Shown one piece after another: positions 20,079-31,119 of a stretch of DNA of 64,000 nucleotides. Source of the DNA: Verrucomicrobiota bacterium (GTDB lineage: Bacteria > Verrucomicrobiota > Verrucomicrobiia > Limisphaerales > Palsa-1400). The stretch's first letter is position 1. The number at the start of each line of letters is the position of its first letter. The stretch spans positions 160,001 through 224,000 of the forward strand of contig JBEKYR010000008.1 of the NCBI GenBank assembly GCA_049510745.1, in the 5' to 3' direction. Under the pieces are notes generated by a model. That model made no database searches and was not told the DNA's origin. It worked only from the letters and a program-made list of their open reading frames with translations. Both the position numbers and the translations under genes were made by a program.

Positions 20079-20492
20079 CTATGGACCTGGCTTGGGCATG
20101 CAAAGTTCGGTCAGCACGCCAAAGGTTGATTTGGGATGGAGAAAGGCGACCAGCTTGCCGCCCGCGCCATCAAAAGGTTTTTCGTTAATCAGCTTCACGC
20201 CCGCGCCGGCGGCCTGGCGAAGCTGGCTTTCGACATCATCGGAGCCGAACGCAATATGATGAATTCCGCCGGCGGGGTTTTTCTCCAGGAATTTGGCAAT
20301 GGGACTGTCCGGGCTGGTCGGTTCGAGAAGTTCCAGGTGGACCTCGCCCACGGCAAAAAACGCGGTGCGGACTTTTTGCGAGGCCACTTCCTCGCGGTGC
20401 TGGCATTTGAGGCCGAGCGCCTTTTCATAGTAAGGCACGGCTTGATCCAGCGATGGGACAGCGATGCCGAGGTGGTCAATTCTTGTGATCAT
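20079..20492 (-). CDS. mce: Methylmalonyl-CoA epimerase
   Basis: [31 protein letters not shown]. Confidence 0.93.
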   Translation of the reverse strand: MITRIDHLGIAVPSLDQAVPYYEKALGLKCQHREEVASQKVRTAFFAVGEVHLELLEPTSPDSPIAKFLEKNPAGGIHHIAFGSDDVESQLRQAAGAGVKLINEKPFDGAGGKLVAFLHPKSTFGVLTELCMPKPGP

Positions 20493-21495
20493 AATCTGGT
20501 TTCTCCGGGTAACCGTCGAAGTCCGCCAACAGCAGGCGCGCGGCGGCTGCAGCGGTGATTTCCCCGCGCAGCAGGGATTCCCGGAGTCCGGGAAGACGGG
20601 CCTGCACACGCGGGTGGCGCTCAAAACGGGCTTGCAGCTCATCACGAACCAAATCGGCCAGCCAATCGACGGCCTGTTGTTGACGGCGTTTGGCGATGAG
20701 GCCTTGCGGCTCCAACTCGCGGAAAAATCGTTCGATGCGCTGCCAGACATGAGGAATGCCCTCGCCGGTCCTGGCCGAGCAGAGGGCCGCTTCGGCCTTC
20801 CAGCCGGGCGTGGCCGGTTGCAGATAGGAAAGAGCGGCCTGCTGTTCGAGGCGGGCTTGTTCGGCCCGCTGCCGATTCTCGCCGTCCGCTTTATTGATGA
20901 GAATGTCATCGGCCATTTCGATGATGCCCCTTTTGATGCCCTGCAATTCGTCGCCGGCGCCCGGCAACAAAAGCAGCAAAAAGAAATCCACCATCGAACG
21001 CAGAGCCACCTCGCTCTGGCCGACGCCCACGCTTTCGACCAGGAGCAGATCAAAACCAGCCGCTTCGCACAAAAGCATCGTTTCGCGGGTGCGCCGGGCC
21101 ACGCCGCCCACACTGTCACCGGCCGGTGACGGACGAATGAAGGCGCGCGATTCCCGGCTGAGATTCTCCATCCGGGTCTTGTCGCCCAGGATGCTGCCGC
21201 CGGAACGTTTGCTGGTGGGATCAATGGCCAGGACGGCGACCGAATGGCCCTGGCCAATGAGGTAACATCCGAACGCCTCAATAAACGTGCTTTTGCCCAC
21301 GCCGGGCGCGCCGGTGATGCCGATGCGTTTGGCCTTGCCGGTGTGGGGCAGGAGCTTTTGCAGGACTTTCTGGGCCTTCTTTTCGTGCAGCGGCGACTGG
21401 CTCTCGATCAACGTGACGGCGCGCGAAAGGAGGACGCGGTCGCCGGCCAGCACGCCGGCAACATAGTCATCAATGGTTGGATCAGGAGCGGTCAT
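20476..21495 (-). CDS. meaB: Methylmalonyl-CoA mutase-associated GTPase
   Basis: [52 protein letters not shown]. Confidence 0.95.
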   Translation of the reverse strand: MTAPDPTIDDYVAGVLAGDRVLLSRAVTLIESQSPLHEKKAQKVLQKLLPHTGKAKRIGITGAPGVGKSTFIEAFGCYLIGQGHSVAVLAIDPTSKRSGGSILGDKTRMENLSRESRAFIRPSPAGDSVGGVARRTRETMLLCEAAGFDLLLVESVGVGQSEVALRSMVDFFLLLLLPGAGDELQGIKRGIIEMADDILINKADGENRQRAEQARLEQQAALSYLQPATPGWKAEAALCSARTGEGIPHVWQRIERFFRELEPQGLIAKRRQQQAVDWLADLVRDELQARFERHPRVQARLPGLRESLLRGEITAAAAARLLLADFDGYPEKPDYDHKN

Positions 21496-23675
21496 GCTTT
21501 GACCCGCGCGCTTAAGCGGGTCAGGACTTCCCTGGCGGCGTCCGGGATGCATGTTCCCGGCCCGAAGACGGCCGCGGCGCCGTTCTCTTTCAAGAACTCG
21601 TAGTCTTGCGGCGGGATGACGCCGCCGACCACGGCCATGATGTCGGAGCGTCCGATCTTGCCCAGTTCCTGGACCAGTTGGACGAGCAAGGTCTTATGGC
21701 CGCCGGCCAGCGAACTGATGCCGACGACATGAACATCATTGTCGGCGGCCATGCGCGCGACTTCGTCCGGCTGCTGAAATAACGGCCCGATGTCCACGTC
21801 GAAGCCCAGATCGGCGTAGGCGGTGGCGATGACTTTGGCGCCGCGATCATGGCCGTCCTGGCCCATCTTGGCGATGAGGATGCGCGGGCGGCGGCCATGC
21901 TTGCGGGCGAACTCGTCGGACAGCCGGCGAACCTGCTCGATCTGCGGGTCCCGCCCATATTCGGATTGATAGACGCCGGACACGGAACGAATGACAGCTT
22001 TGTGGCGATGAAAGATTTTTTCAAGAGCGAAGGAAATCTCCCCCAGGGTGGCGTGGGCGCGGGCGGCGTCAATGGCCAGGGCCAGCAGGTTGCCCGCGCC
22101 GGTTTCGGCCGCGCGGGTCAGGGCGTCCAGGGCGATTTGGACCTTGGGGTTGTCGCGTTCCGCCTTGAGTTTATGCAGGCGCTGGATTTGCGATTCGCGC
22201 ACGGCGGTGTTATCGACTTCACGGAACTCGAGTTTCTCGGCTTTTTCCAACCGGAAAAGATTCACGCCGATGATGGATTCCTTGCCCGAATCGATGCGGG
22301 CCTGGCGGCGCGCGGCCGCTTCCTCGATGCGCAACTTGGGCAGGCCCGTTTCGATGGCTTTGGCCATGCCGCCCAGTGCCTCGATTTCCTGGATGTGCGC
22401 CCACGCCCGTTTCATCAGGGCCTGGGTCAGCGCCTCGACATAATAGGAACCGCCCCAGGGATCAATGACCTTGCAGATGCCGGTTTCCTCTTGCAGGAGA
22501 AGCTGGGTGTTGCGGGCGATCCGCGCCGAAAAATCGGTCGGCAAGGCGATGGCTTCGTCCAGCGAATTGGTGTGCAGCGATTGCGTCTGGCCGAAGGCGG
22601 CGGCCATCGCTTCGACGCAAGTGCGGGCGACATTGTTAAAGGGGTCCTGCTCGGTCAGAGACCAACCCGAGGTCTGCGAATGGGTGCGCAGGGCCATCGA
22701 CTTGGGGTTTTTGGGATGGAACTGCGCGATGATCTTCGCCCACAAGGCGCGGGCGGCCCGCAGTTTGGCAATCTCCATGAAAAAGTCCTTGCCCTGCGCC
22801 CAGAAAAACGAGAGCCGCGGCGCGAAAGCGTCAATGTCAATGCCCGCCTTCAGACCCGTGCGGACATATTCCAGGCCGTCAGCCAAGGTATAGGCCAGTT
22901 CCAGGTCCGCCGTCGCGCCGGCCTCCTGCATGTGATAGCCGGAGATGGAGATGGAGTTGAACTTGGGCATGTTTTTGGAGGCGAACGCAAAGATGTCCGC
23001 CACGATGCGCATGGAGGGGCCGGGCGGATAAATGTAGGTGTTCCGCACCATGTACTCCTTGAGGATGTCATTCTGGATCGTGCCGGAAAGTTGCTCCAGC
23101 TTCACTCCTTGTTCCTCGGCGGCGACGATATAGAACGCCAGCACTGGAAGCACCGCGCCGTTCATGGTCATGGAAACGGAGATGCGATCCAGGGGAATTC
23201 CGCCGAACAATATCTTCATGTCCTCGACCGAATTGACCGCCACGCCCGCCTTGCCGACGTCCGCCAAGGCGCGCGGGTGGTCGGAGTCGTAACCGCGGTG
23301 CGTTGGCAAATCAAAGGCGACGGACAAGCCTTGCTGGCCGGCGGCGATGTTGCGGCGATAAAATGCGTTGCTCTCCTCGGCTGTGGAAAAACCGGCGTAT
23401 TGGCGGACGGTCCATGGCCTGGTGACAAACATGGAGCCATACGGGCCGCGCACATAGGGGGCGAACCCGGGCATCGAGTCCAGATGCTCGCAGCCGTTGA
23501 GGTCGGCGGCGGTGTAAAGGGGCCGGACCTCAATCCCCTCCAGCGTTTGATGCACGCATTCGTCGAATGCCTTGATGACGATTTCCGATTCAAAACGGGC
23601 GCGCCACTGCTCGGGGGTGACGTCGGCGGGAGCGGCGCGAAAGGGGACGGTGGTGAAGTCAGGGAATGTATTCAT
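21492..23675 (-). CDS. scpA: Methylmalonyl-CoA mutase, catalytic B12-binding subunit
   Basis: [40 protein letters not shown]. Confidence 0.96.
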   Translation of the reverse strand: MNTFPDFTTVPFRAAPADVTPEQWRARFESEIVIKAFDECVHQTLEGIEVRPLYTAADLNGCEHLDSMPGFAPYVRGPYGSMFVTRPWTVRQYAGFSTAEESNAFYRRNIAAGQQGLSVAFDLPTHRGYDSDHPRALADVGKAGVAVNSVEDMKILFGGIPLDRISVSMTMNGAVLPVLAFYIVAAEEQGVKLEQLSGTIQNDILKEYMVRNTYIYPPGPSMRIVADIFAFASKNMPKFNSISISGYHMQEAGATADLELAYTLADGLEYVRTGLKAGIDIDAFAPRLSFFWAQGKDFFMEIAKLRAARALWAKIIAQFHPKNPKSMALRTHSQTSGWSLTEQDPFNNVARTCVEAMAAAFGQTQSLHTNSLDEAIALPTDFSARIARNTQLLLQEETGICKVIDPWGGSYYVEALTQALMKRAWAHIQEIEALGGMAKAIETGLPKLRIEEAAARRQARIDSGKESIIGVNLFRLEKAEKLEFREVDNTAVRESQIQRLHKLKAERDNPKVQIALDALTRAAETGAGNLLALAIDAARAHATLGEISFALEKIFHRHKAVIRSVSGVYQSEYGRDPQIEQVRRLSDEFARKHGRRPRILIAKMGQDGHDRGAKVIATAYADLGFDVDIGPLFQQPDEVARMAADNDVHVVGISSLAGGHKTLLVQLVQELGKIGRSDIMAVVGGVIPPQDYEFLKENGAAAVFGPGTCIPDAAREVLTRLSARVKA

Positions 23676-25831
23676 AATTGAATTCCGAGGCGGAGATGAA
23701 GCGCAATTAATAATTCAAGCGCGTCGGCGCGGGCGTGAACAAATTCGTCCACGCCGGCCTTCTTGTGGGCTTCGACCTGGCCCGCCGGCAACCCGGCCAG
23801 GACGATGATGGCATCGGCGCGTTGCGCGCGGAGCGCCTGGACCAGGGGCGGCACCAGGGCGGGATATTTGTCGTCGGTCGAACAGATGACCGCAATTCTC
23901 GCCTTGGACTCGGCAAAGGCCCTGGCCGCGTCTTCGGGAGCGCAGAATCCTTCGGGCGAAATGACATTGTAGCCGCCCGCAGCGAAAAGGCCGCGCGAGA
24001 AATCGGCGCGCGCCTTGTAGTCGGCCAGCGCCCCCATGTTGCAGAGAAAGACGCGGGGGCGTTCGATTTTTTGGCTGGCGGCATGGCGGGTCAAGGCCGC
24101 GCGCAGGCGCTCAAAGCCCGCGGCCGCGCGGCTGATCTGCACCGGAGCGATGCGGCTGCACGGGCTGTCGTGAATGCGGATGGCGCGGGCGATCTCCCCC
24201 AGCGTCGCCCCGGCCGCGGCCGCGTCCACGCAGGCGTCGAAGACGCGCGGGCTTTTGAGATCGATCACTTTGCTGAGTTTCTGGAGAACCAGTTCATTGT
24301 CCGAATCTTCCAGGTTGGTCCGATACGAAGTGACCTGAAGGACGCGGCGCTTATAGAAGGCTTCCGTGTCCGAGGCTGGAGGTTCCAGCGCCACTTCCTT
24401 GGGATTGGCGTATTGGTTGACTCCGATGATGGAATCACGACGGCGATGAACGGCCTTTCGTCTCTCCAGAGCGGCCGCCGCCACCGCTTTTTGCGGAAAA
24501 CCCGCCCGCAACGCCGCCTCCATGCCGCCCAGTCTCTCGACTTCCTGAAAGAGCGTCCAGGCGCGGCCGGCGAGGTCGGCGGTGATCGCTTCCACATACC
24601 ACGAACCGCCCGCCGGATCGATCACCCGGCCCAACTCGCACTCCTTCTGGAGAATGAGCTGGGTGTTGCGCGCGATGCGCTGGCTGAAATCGTCGGGTTG
24701 CCGAATGACCTCGTCGAACGCGCCCACCTGCATGCTGTCACAGCCGCCTAAAACGCCGGCCAGGGCTTCGACGGTCGTCCGCAACAGGTTCGTGTAGGGG
24801 TCCAGAACGCTTTTGTTCCACCGCGAGGTGCGCACGTGCAGCGAGAGTCTTTGCGCCTGTTCGCCGCCGCCGGCGACGGCCACGGCGCGCGCCCACAACA
24901 TCCGCAAGGCGCGGAGTTTGGCGATTTCCATGAAGAAATTTGCCCCGACCGTCACGGCAAAACGGATGCGCGGGGCCACGCTCTCGGCGTCGAGGCCGCG
25001 CCGGTTCATTTGCCGAAGATACTCCACGCCGGTGGCCAGGCTGAAAGCGAGTTCCTGCACGGCATGGCCGCCGGCCTCGTGCCAGGAACGGCTGTGGACG
25101 CAGACGGTTTGAAGGTGAGGCGCGCCGGCCGCCGCCCAGCGGAGCAGGGCCGCCATTTCGCGATAGGCCCCTTCGAGCGATTGCGGCAGGCAGCCCTCGT
25201 GGGACAAAACGCCGAGCGGGTCCATTTCAATGCAGCCATAAAGGCAGGCGGGCGCTTTCTTGCGCTGGCGGGCCAGCGCGACCAGGAGCGCGGCGAAGGG
25301 CATGGCGGAGGCCCCGGAGCGGACGAAGAGCGAAGTGTTTCCCAGATCAATGCCTTCCAGCGCGCGGTCCAGGTCATCGACCGTCGCGATGGAGAGTCCG
25401 CCGGAACCGACTTCATCGGGTTGCGCCCAATCGGGGTCGTGGCCGTTGCGGGTGGCCTTGTCCACAACGATGTTCAAGGCGTTCAGGCCCCGTTCCAGCG
25501 AATTGCGGGCGGCGTGATTGAATTCCGTCGGGCTGGAGCAGGTGATTTCCTGGGAAATGGCCCACGGCTGGCGGGCATAGCCGCTGGCCGTGGTCCCGCG
25601 CACAAAGGGGGCGAAGCCGGAAAAGGAATTCAGGTGGGGAAGGTCCGCGATGTCTTCCGGCCGGTAGATGGGCTTGAGGGTGATGCCTTCGTAAGTGACC
25701 GTGAACATTCGCTTGTCAAAAGGCGCGCCTTTCAGCTCGCTCTCGACCAGACGATGCCAGTCGCCATAACCGACGGGCGGGAATTCCGCCAGCAGCCGGT
25801 CTGTCACAGGTTTGGTTTCAGTCGCGTTCAT
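23672..25831 (-). CDS. mutA: Methylmalonyl-CoA mutase, small non-catalytic subunit
   Basis: MCM fold ([29 protein letters not shown]) without the DxHxxG motif; ICSTDDKY. Confidence 0.88.
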   Translation of the reverse strand: MNATETKPVTDRLLAEFPPVGYGDWHRLVESELKGAPFDKRMFTVTYEGITLKPIYRPEDIADLPHLNSFSGFAPFVRGTTASGYARQPWAISQEITCSSPTEFNHAARNSLERGLNALNIVVDKATRNGHDPDWAQPDEVGSGGLSIATVDDLDRALEGIDLGNTSLFVRSGASAMPFAALLVALARQRKKAPACLYGCIEMDPLGVLSHEGCLPQSLEGAYREMAALLRWAAAGAPHLQTVCVHSRSWHEAGGHAVQELAFSLATGVEYLRQMNRRGLDAESVAPRIRFAVTVGANFFMEIAKLRALRMLWARAVAVAGGGEQAQRLSLHVRTSRWNKSVLDPYTNLLRTTVEALAGVLGGCDSMQVGAFDEVIRQPDDFSQRIARNTQLILQKECELGRVIDPAGGSWYVEAITADLAGRAWTLFQEVERLGGMEAALRAGFPQKAVAAAALERRKAVHRRRDSIIGVNQYANPKEVALEPPASDTEAFYKRRVLQVTSYRTNLEDSDNELVLQKLSKVIDLKSPRVFDACVDAAAAGATLGEIARAIRIHDSPCSRIAPVQISRAAAGFERLRAALTRHAASQKIERPRVFLCNMGALADYKARADFSRGLFAAGGYNVISPEGFCAPEDAARAFAESKARIAVICSTDDKYPALVPPLVQALRAQRADAIIVLAGLPAGQVEAHKKAGVDEFVHARADALELLIALHLRLGIQL

Positions 25832-25846
25832 AACAGTTTCCACGGT

Positions 25847-27316
25847 TCAGCCCTCCAAGGTCTCGACCAGCACGTCGTGCCGCCGGCCATTGAGGGTGAC
25901 GAACAAATGTTTGCCCTGTCCGTTGCCTTGGGCGATGGGAGCCGGACGGTCCAGGGACGGGGCCGGAGAGGCCGGAGCCGCTTTCGGCTTCAACAAGGCT
26001 TCGACTTGCTGGGGGAACATGGCAAAAAGGACGACGATTTCATCTTCGACGGGCAGGCCCTTTTCGGCGCATTGCTTGCGATAGTTTTCCAGGCCGGGTT
26101 CAAGGAGGTCGGCCGGGCGGGCCGTGATAGGCTTTTTGCCGGAGAGCTTCTCGACCTGGGCGAGCACATCGGGATCAATCTGTCCCGGCGTTTTGCCGTA
26201 TTTGCCGAGGGCGACGTCCTGGGCGGGCTGGCAGATCATTTTCCAGCGGCCAAACTTGACGTTCATCATGGCTTGAGTGCCGACAATCTGCGAGGTGGGC
26301 GTCACCAGCGGAATCCAGCCCAGGGCCTGGCGCACCACCGGAATTTCGCGCACGACTTCGTCGAAGCGGTCGGACATGCCTTGCTCTTTGAGTTGGGTGC
26401 GGAAGTTGGAGAGCATCCCGCCGGGGACCTGATAAATGAGAATATCGCTGTCCACCCGCTCGTTGGCGGGGCTGGTGAACTTGGCCAGTTCTTTGTAAAC
26501 GCCCTCGAAGTAGGTTCGCAGTTGCGCCAGTTTTTCCAGGTCGAATTTCGGGCAGCGCGGATGGCCTTCCAGCAGCGCCAACATGCGTTGCGTATCCGGC
26601 TGCGAAGTGCCGTTGGCGAAAGGGGCAATCGAAACCTCGACACAGTCCACCCCCGCGTCAATGGCCGCCAGATAACTGGCCGCGCCCAACCCGGCGGTGT
26701 CATGCACGTGCAGGGTGAGGGGAATGCCGACGGTGCGCTTGAGTTCCTTGACCAGGTCGAAGGCGATGCGCGGTTGGAGAATGCCCGACATGTCCTTGAT
26801 GCCGAGCGAATCGCACCCCATCTTTTCCAAGGCAATGCCCATCTTGACAAAATTCTCGACCGTGTGGACCGGACTGATGGTGTAGCAAAGTTCCCCCCGG
26901 GCGTGCTTTTGGCATTTCCTGACGGCGCGAATCGCCGTCTGGAGATTGCGCAGGTCGTTGAGGGCATCGAAGATGCGGACGATGTCCATCCCGCATTGGC
27001 ACATGCACCGCACAAAGGCCTCCACCACGTCGTCGGGAAAACTGGCGTACTGGACGATGTTCTGGCCGCGCAAGAGGGCCAGTTGCGGGGTTTTGGGAGC
27101 GGCCTTTTTAAGAGCGCGCAACCGGTCAAAAGGGTTCTCGTTGAGAAAACGCAGGCAGGAATCAATGGTGGCGCCGCCCCAGGTTTCCAGGCCGTTGAAA
27201 CCCATCGCGTCCAGGAGGGGCGCGGCGGGCAGCATCTGGGCCGTGGTCATGCGCGTGGCGGCCATCGATTGATGTCCGTCCCGCAGCACCGTGTTATTGA
27301 ATAAAACCGGTTTCAT
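25847..27316 (-). CDS. Pyruvate/oxaloacetate carboxyltransferase (transcarboxylase 5S / OadA N-terminal part)
   Basis: LRDGHQS..ATRM, E.WGGAT, LLRGQN, IFDALND, IKDM.G, HVHDT.G, PGGM.SN, VTPTSQIVG; no biotinyl domain. Confidence 0.92.
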   Translation of the reverse strand: MKPVLFNNTVLRDGHQSMAATRMTTAQMLPAAPLLDAMGFNGLETWGGATIDSCLRFLNENPFDRLRALKKAAPKTPQLALLRGQNIVQYASFPDDVVEAFVRCMCQCGMDIVRIFDALNDLRNLQTAIRAVRKCQKHARGELCYTISPVHTVENFVKMGIALEKMGCDSLGIKDMSGILQPRIAFDLVKELKRTVGIPLTLHVHDTAGLGAASYLAAIDAGVDCVEVSIAPFANGTSQPDTQRMLALLEGHPRCPKFDLEKLAQLRTYFEGVYKELAKFTSPANERVDSDILIYQVPGGMLSNFRTQLKEQGMSDRFDEVVREIPVVRQALGWIPLVTPTSQIVGTQAMMNVKFGRWKMICQPAQDVALGKYGKTPGQIDPDVLAQVEKLSGKKPITARPADLLEPGLENYRKQCAEKGLPVEDEIVVLFAMFPQQVEALLKPKAAPASPAPSLDRPAPIAQGNGQGKHLFVTLNGRRHDVLVETLEG

Positions 27317-27625
27317 AGTCTCCCTCACTGTCACCGCAACGGGGAAAACAGACTAACCGATATTTGTCGAACCACAAGCCAAAATTGCTCAGGGCCGCGA
27401 CAAAAAATGCCAAGGGTCGCGCAAAGGATGCGAAAAGTTTTCCAAGAAAGCCGATTAGTTTTCTTGAATGAATGACTTCGAGGGATTCCGCCCGGCGCGG
27501 CGTAGTAATGAATGTGAACCAAAAGAGTTCCAAGTCGCGCCGTTGAAATAATCGTGGCGACTCTGTTTCTGAACCATTAAAGTGCGAAAGGCGGCGGGCG
27601 GCACTGCCGCCTTCGCTGACATAGT

Positions 27626-27967
27626 ATGAACACAAACGAACCGGGCCAGCAGGACGAGGCGCTTCGCATGCTTCTTAAAGAGTGGCGCACTGACTCTCCG
27701 TTGCCTCCGCGTTTTCAGGAAGCAGTTTGGCGGCGCATTGAACGACCACAGGCGCCGGCGGCGCCTTCAGTCTGGGACGTGATCGCCGATTGGATTGGCA
27801 CGGCGCTGCCACGGCCGGCGTTGGCGGCTTCTTACCTCGCCCTCCTTCTCACCCTCGGCGTGGCCGCCGGTTGGACGCAGGCCCGGCAGGAAAGCGCGCG
27901 GGTGAAGGGTGAACTGGGCGACCGCTACATCCGCACCTTGGATCCTTATCAAGCTCCCCGCCAATAG
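27626..27967 (+). CDS. Putative single-TM anti-sigma factor
   Basis: L..LL.EW....P..RFQ..VW.RI N-terminus and one TM segment; lies upstream of an ECF sigma. Confidence 0.65.
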   Translation: MNTNEPGQQDEALRMLLKEWRTDSPLPPRFQEAVWRRIERPQAPAAPSVWDVIADWIGTALPRPALAASYLALLLTLGVAAGWTQARQESARVKGELGDRYIRTLDPYQAPRQ

Positions 27968-27971
27968 TTCG

Positions 27972-28433
27972 ATGAAGAAAGGCCTTTTCATTCTCGTGCT
28001 CGGTTTGGCCGTGGCGGCGGCGGCTTACGGCTGCGTTTACTTCGTCTGCACGGCGCCGGCGCGCCACCTGGAGCGGAGCAGCCAGCCGGAACTGGCCTGG
28101 CTAAAGGCGGAATTCAACCTGAGCGATTCGGAATTCAAGCGCATTTCAGAACTGCACGCGGCTTACCTCCCTCAATGCGCGGAAAGGTGCCGGCAGGTCG
28201 AGGCCCAAAACCAGCGGCTAAGAGCATTGCTCGCGGCCACCAATCAAATGACGCCGGAGATCGAATCAGCTATTGCGGAAAGCGCCCGCTTGCGTGGCGT
28301 ATGCCAGCGCAACATGCTCGCCCACTTTTACGAAGTCAGCCGCACGATGCCGCCGGAACAAGGACGCCGCTACCTGGCATGGGTGCAGGAAAGAACCTTC
28401 CTGTCGGGTGAAGGCATGATGCGCGACAAATGA
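27972..28433 (+). CDS. Periplasmic heavy-metal sensor (CnrX/Spy-CpxP-like helical protein)
   Basis: TM anchor; WL..E..LS..E...I..LH..Y...C...C; ML.H...V...M.PEQ. Confidence 0.75.
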   Translation: MKKGLFILVLGLAVAAAAYGCVYFVCTAPARHLERSSQPELAWLKAEFNLSDSEFKRISELHAAYLPQCAERCRQVEAQNQRLRALLAATNQMTPEIESAIAESARLRGVCQRNMLAHFYEVSRTMPPEQGRRYLAWVQERTFLSGEGMMRDK

Positions 28434-28572
28434 ACGGGGCGCTTTCAGATTTGACTCGAGGAATGCCATTCATCAAACGACCATCAATCGAAATGAAACC
28501 TGAATGCGATACCGCAAGAAGAACATCAACGCGAATACCAACGGTGAATCACAAAAAACACTGGAATAAAAT

Positions 28573-28872
28573 ATGAAAAAAACATTACTGACCCTCACGA
28601 CACTGGCCCTGTTGGCTGGCCTACCCGCGCTCGTCCGCGCGGGCGACACAAACACTCCGACCAGTTCGACCAACACTGCGGTGAAACCGTATCCACTCAC
28701 TTACTGCCTCGTCTCTGGCGAGAAGATCGGCGAGATGGGCAAGCCGGCTGCCATCACCTACAAGGGGCAGGAAATCAAATTCTGCTGCGGGGATTGTGTG
28801 ACGGACTTCAAAAAAGACCCGGACAAATTCCTCAAAAAGCTGGCAGAGGAAGAAAAAAAGGCGAAGAAGTAA
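28573..28872 (+). CDS. Small secreted YHS/TRASH-like metal-binding protein
   Basis: Signal peptide; C.VSGE...M; Y.GQ.I.FCC..C...F.KDP. Confidence 0.8.
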   Translation: MKKTLLTLTTLALLAGLPALVRAGDTNTPTSSTNTAVKPYPLTYCLVSGEKIGEMGKPAAITYKGQEIKFCCGDCVTDFKKDPDKFLKKLAEEEKKAKK

Positions 28873-28964
28873 TCGTTCGTTGTATTGCACCGATCCGTCG
28901 GCCTCTCTTATGGAAAAACACCGGCGGTCATTGGCAACGCGCTGCGGCTGCGCGGCACGAAATT

Positions 28965-29609
28965 ATGAGTCTCGGCGACAACTCAAATCTCGAAAGCGGC
29001 GGCCCCGGCTTCGCCGCGAGCCTGTCAGCCGCCGACCAACTGGACGGCCAGGAGATGGCGCGATTGGCCGCCGGCCAAGGCGCGGCCCTCAACACTTTGA
29101 TGGAGCGCCACGCGGAGAAGCTGTTTCACTTTCTGGTTCGCGCCTTGCAGAACGAAGAGGACGCGGCGGACCTGGCTCAGGAAACCTTCGTCCGCGTGTA
29201 TCAAAACCGCGCGAAGTTTGATCCGCGCCAGAAGTTCTCCGCCTGGCTCTACGCCATCGCCGGCAATCTGGTGCGCGACCGCTATCGCTGGCGCAAACGC
29301 CATCCGCAGATTTCGCTCGACGCCGCCCATGAGGCCGCTGGAAATGATGTTGGCGAAATGCTTCCGGACCATGCGCCTTCAGCAAGTGAAACGCTGCAAG
29401 GCAACGAACGAGCCGAAGCCGTGCGCCGCGCCATCGCCGCCCTGCCGGAGGAATTGCGCATTCCGCTGATCCTTGCGGAATACGAGGAGAAGTCGCACGC
29501 GGAGATCGGTGAGATTCTTCGGTGCTCGGCCAAAGCCGTCGAGGGGCGCGTCAGCCGGGCGCGCCGGCAGCTTCGCGCCAGCCTCGGCCGGTTGCTGGAG
29601 ACGATGTGA
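28965..29609 (+). CDS. ECF sigma-70 factor
   Basis: AADLAQETFVRV, FSAWLYAIA.N, LP..LR..LIL, S..EI..IL.CS..AV..R..RAR. Confidence 0.93.
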   Translation: MSLGDNSNLESGGPGFAASLSAADQLDGQEMARLAAGQGAALNTLMERHAEKLFHFLVRALQNEEDAADLAQETFVRVYQNRAKFDPRQKFSAWLYAIAGNLVRDRYRWRKRHPQISLDAAHEAAGNDVGEMLPDHAPSASETLQGNERAEAVRRAIAALPEELRIPLILAEYEEKSHAEIGEILRCSAKAVEGRVSRARRQLRASLGRLLETM

Positions 29610-29667
29610 GCCAAACAGTTCAAGGGGTGAGGCGCCCCGGCGGCGTATCACAATCGGAAGCAGGTTT

Positions 29668-31119
29668 ATGCAAACGCATAATCAAAAACGGATCAACACG
29701 TCGCCAAGAATTGGGGCGGACGGAAGCAAATCAGGATGCAATGCCGCCATGGCGGCGGCCAGCCTGACTGTTCTTGGCCTGCTGCTCGGAGGCTGCAAAG
29801 GTGTTCAGCAGCCCGGCGAGCAACAGGCCCGCGGCGATCTGGCGTCAGTCGCCCGTCTGTATCGGCCACAGGGCGAGCGCCCGGCATTGCCCTCGCTGAC
29901 CACGAACGCAGCGTTGGGAGATTTCCTAGCCTACGCCATGCTCAAACAGCCGCAGATTGAAGCCGCTTACTTCGATTGGGCGGGTTCCGTGGAAAACATC
30001 ACCGTCGAGCGCTCGCTGCCGGACCCGCAGTTGACTTTCCAGATGGACATCGCCGACATCGTCACGTCGGTGATGCCCGGTTTTATGCAGCAATTTCCCG
30101 GCCCTGGGAAACTCCGGTTGCAGGCCAAAGCGGCGTCGGCCGAAAGTCAGGCCCGCTACTTCGATTTTGAAAACGCGGTGCTGCAAGCCGCTTTCGCGGT
30201 CAAGCGCGCCTATTACCAGCTCTGGTTTCTGGACGAGAAAATCCGCATCAACCGCGAGATGCTGCGCCTGCTCTCGGAATTGGAGCAGAGCGCGCGGGGA
30301 CAGAACGCCGTGGGCAAAGTCACGTTGCAGGATGTCTATCGCGCGCAAATCGAGCAGGACCGGCTGGCGACCGAGATCGCAAACCTGGAGGACTCGCGCC
30401 TTCCGCTGCTGGCCGAGTTCAAGGCGGCGTTGGGAATGACGCGCGAGCAGCCCGACCCGCCGGCGCCCGGCCAATTTGAAGCCGCCACGCTCGACCTGCC
30501 GCCGGAGCAGCTTTTGGCGGCGGCCTTCGAGCGCAATCCCCGGCTGAAAGCGATGGAAGCCGGCGTGCGCCGTGCTCAAGCCTCGCTGGACCTCGCTTAC
30601 AAGGCGAAGGTGCCCGATTTCAGTCTGGGCCTCATGGCCGATGCGAAGATGGCGCCGGTTCTTTATCGGCCGCTGGCGGGCGCAACCTTGCCGATCTGGC
30701 GCGACAAGATAGCCGCGGAGATGGCCGGGGCGCAGGCGGGCCAGCGCTCCGCCGAGGCCCGGCTCGCCAACGAACAGATCGCGCTCGCGGTGGATTTCGC
30801 TGAAAAAAGCTATGACTACCGGGAGATCAGCCGCAACCTTGCCTTGTTGCAGCGGCAACTCATCCCCAAGGCGCGGATGTCCCTGGAGATTGCGCGCTCG
30901 GGCTATCTGTCGGGCCAGATTGATTTCTTCAACCTGATAGACGCGGAACGAACGCTGCTGGAATTCCGCCTCTCGGAAGTCCAGGAGCGAACCCAGCGGG
31001 AACTGGTGGTGGCCGACCTTTCCTTGCTGATCGCCGGCGTGCCCCCGGCCAACGCGCCTTTGCTCGCTCCTTCCGCCGACGCTCCCGTTGCGGCGCCAAA
31101 ACCTGCCCATGCCAAATGA
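29668..31119 (+). CDS. TolC/CusC-family outer membrane efflux protein
   Basis: Lipobox-like LGGC; LPDP, AVKRAYYQL and Y..G..DF..L.DA motifs. Exact start uncertain. Confidence 0.88.
   Translation: MQTHNQKRINTSPRIGADGSKSGCNAAMAAASLTVLGLLLGGCKGVQQPGEQQARGDLASVARLYRPQGERPALPSLTTNAALGDFLAYAMLKQPQIEAAYFDWAGSVENITVERSLPDPQLTFQMDIADIVTSVMPGFMQQFPGPGKLRLQAKAASAESQARYFDFENAVLQAAFAVKRAYYQLWFLDEKIRINREMLRLLSELEQSARGQNAVGKVTLQDVYRAQIEQDRLATEIANLEDSRLPLLAEFKAALGMTREQPDPPAPGQFEAATLDLPPEQLLAAAFERNPRLKAMEAGVRRAQASLDLAYKAKVPDFSLGLMADAKMAPVLYRPLAGATLPIWRDKIAAEMAGAQAGQRSAEARLANEQIALAVDFAEKSYDYREISRNLALLQRQLIPKARMSLEIARSGYLSGQIDFFNLIDAERTLLEFRLSEVQERTQRELVVADLSLLIAGVPPANAPLLAPSADAPVAAPKPAHAK

Noticed and set aside
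27320..27620. Cobalamin riboswitch or Rex/FNR site upstream of the mutase operon
   Set aside because: No B12-box or full palindromic consensus could be identified by eye.
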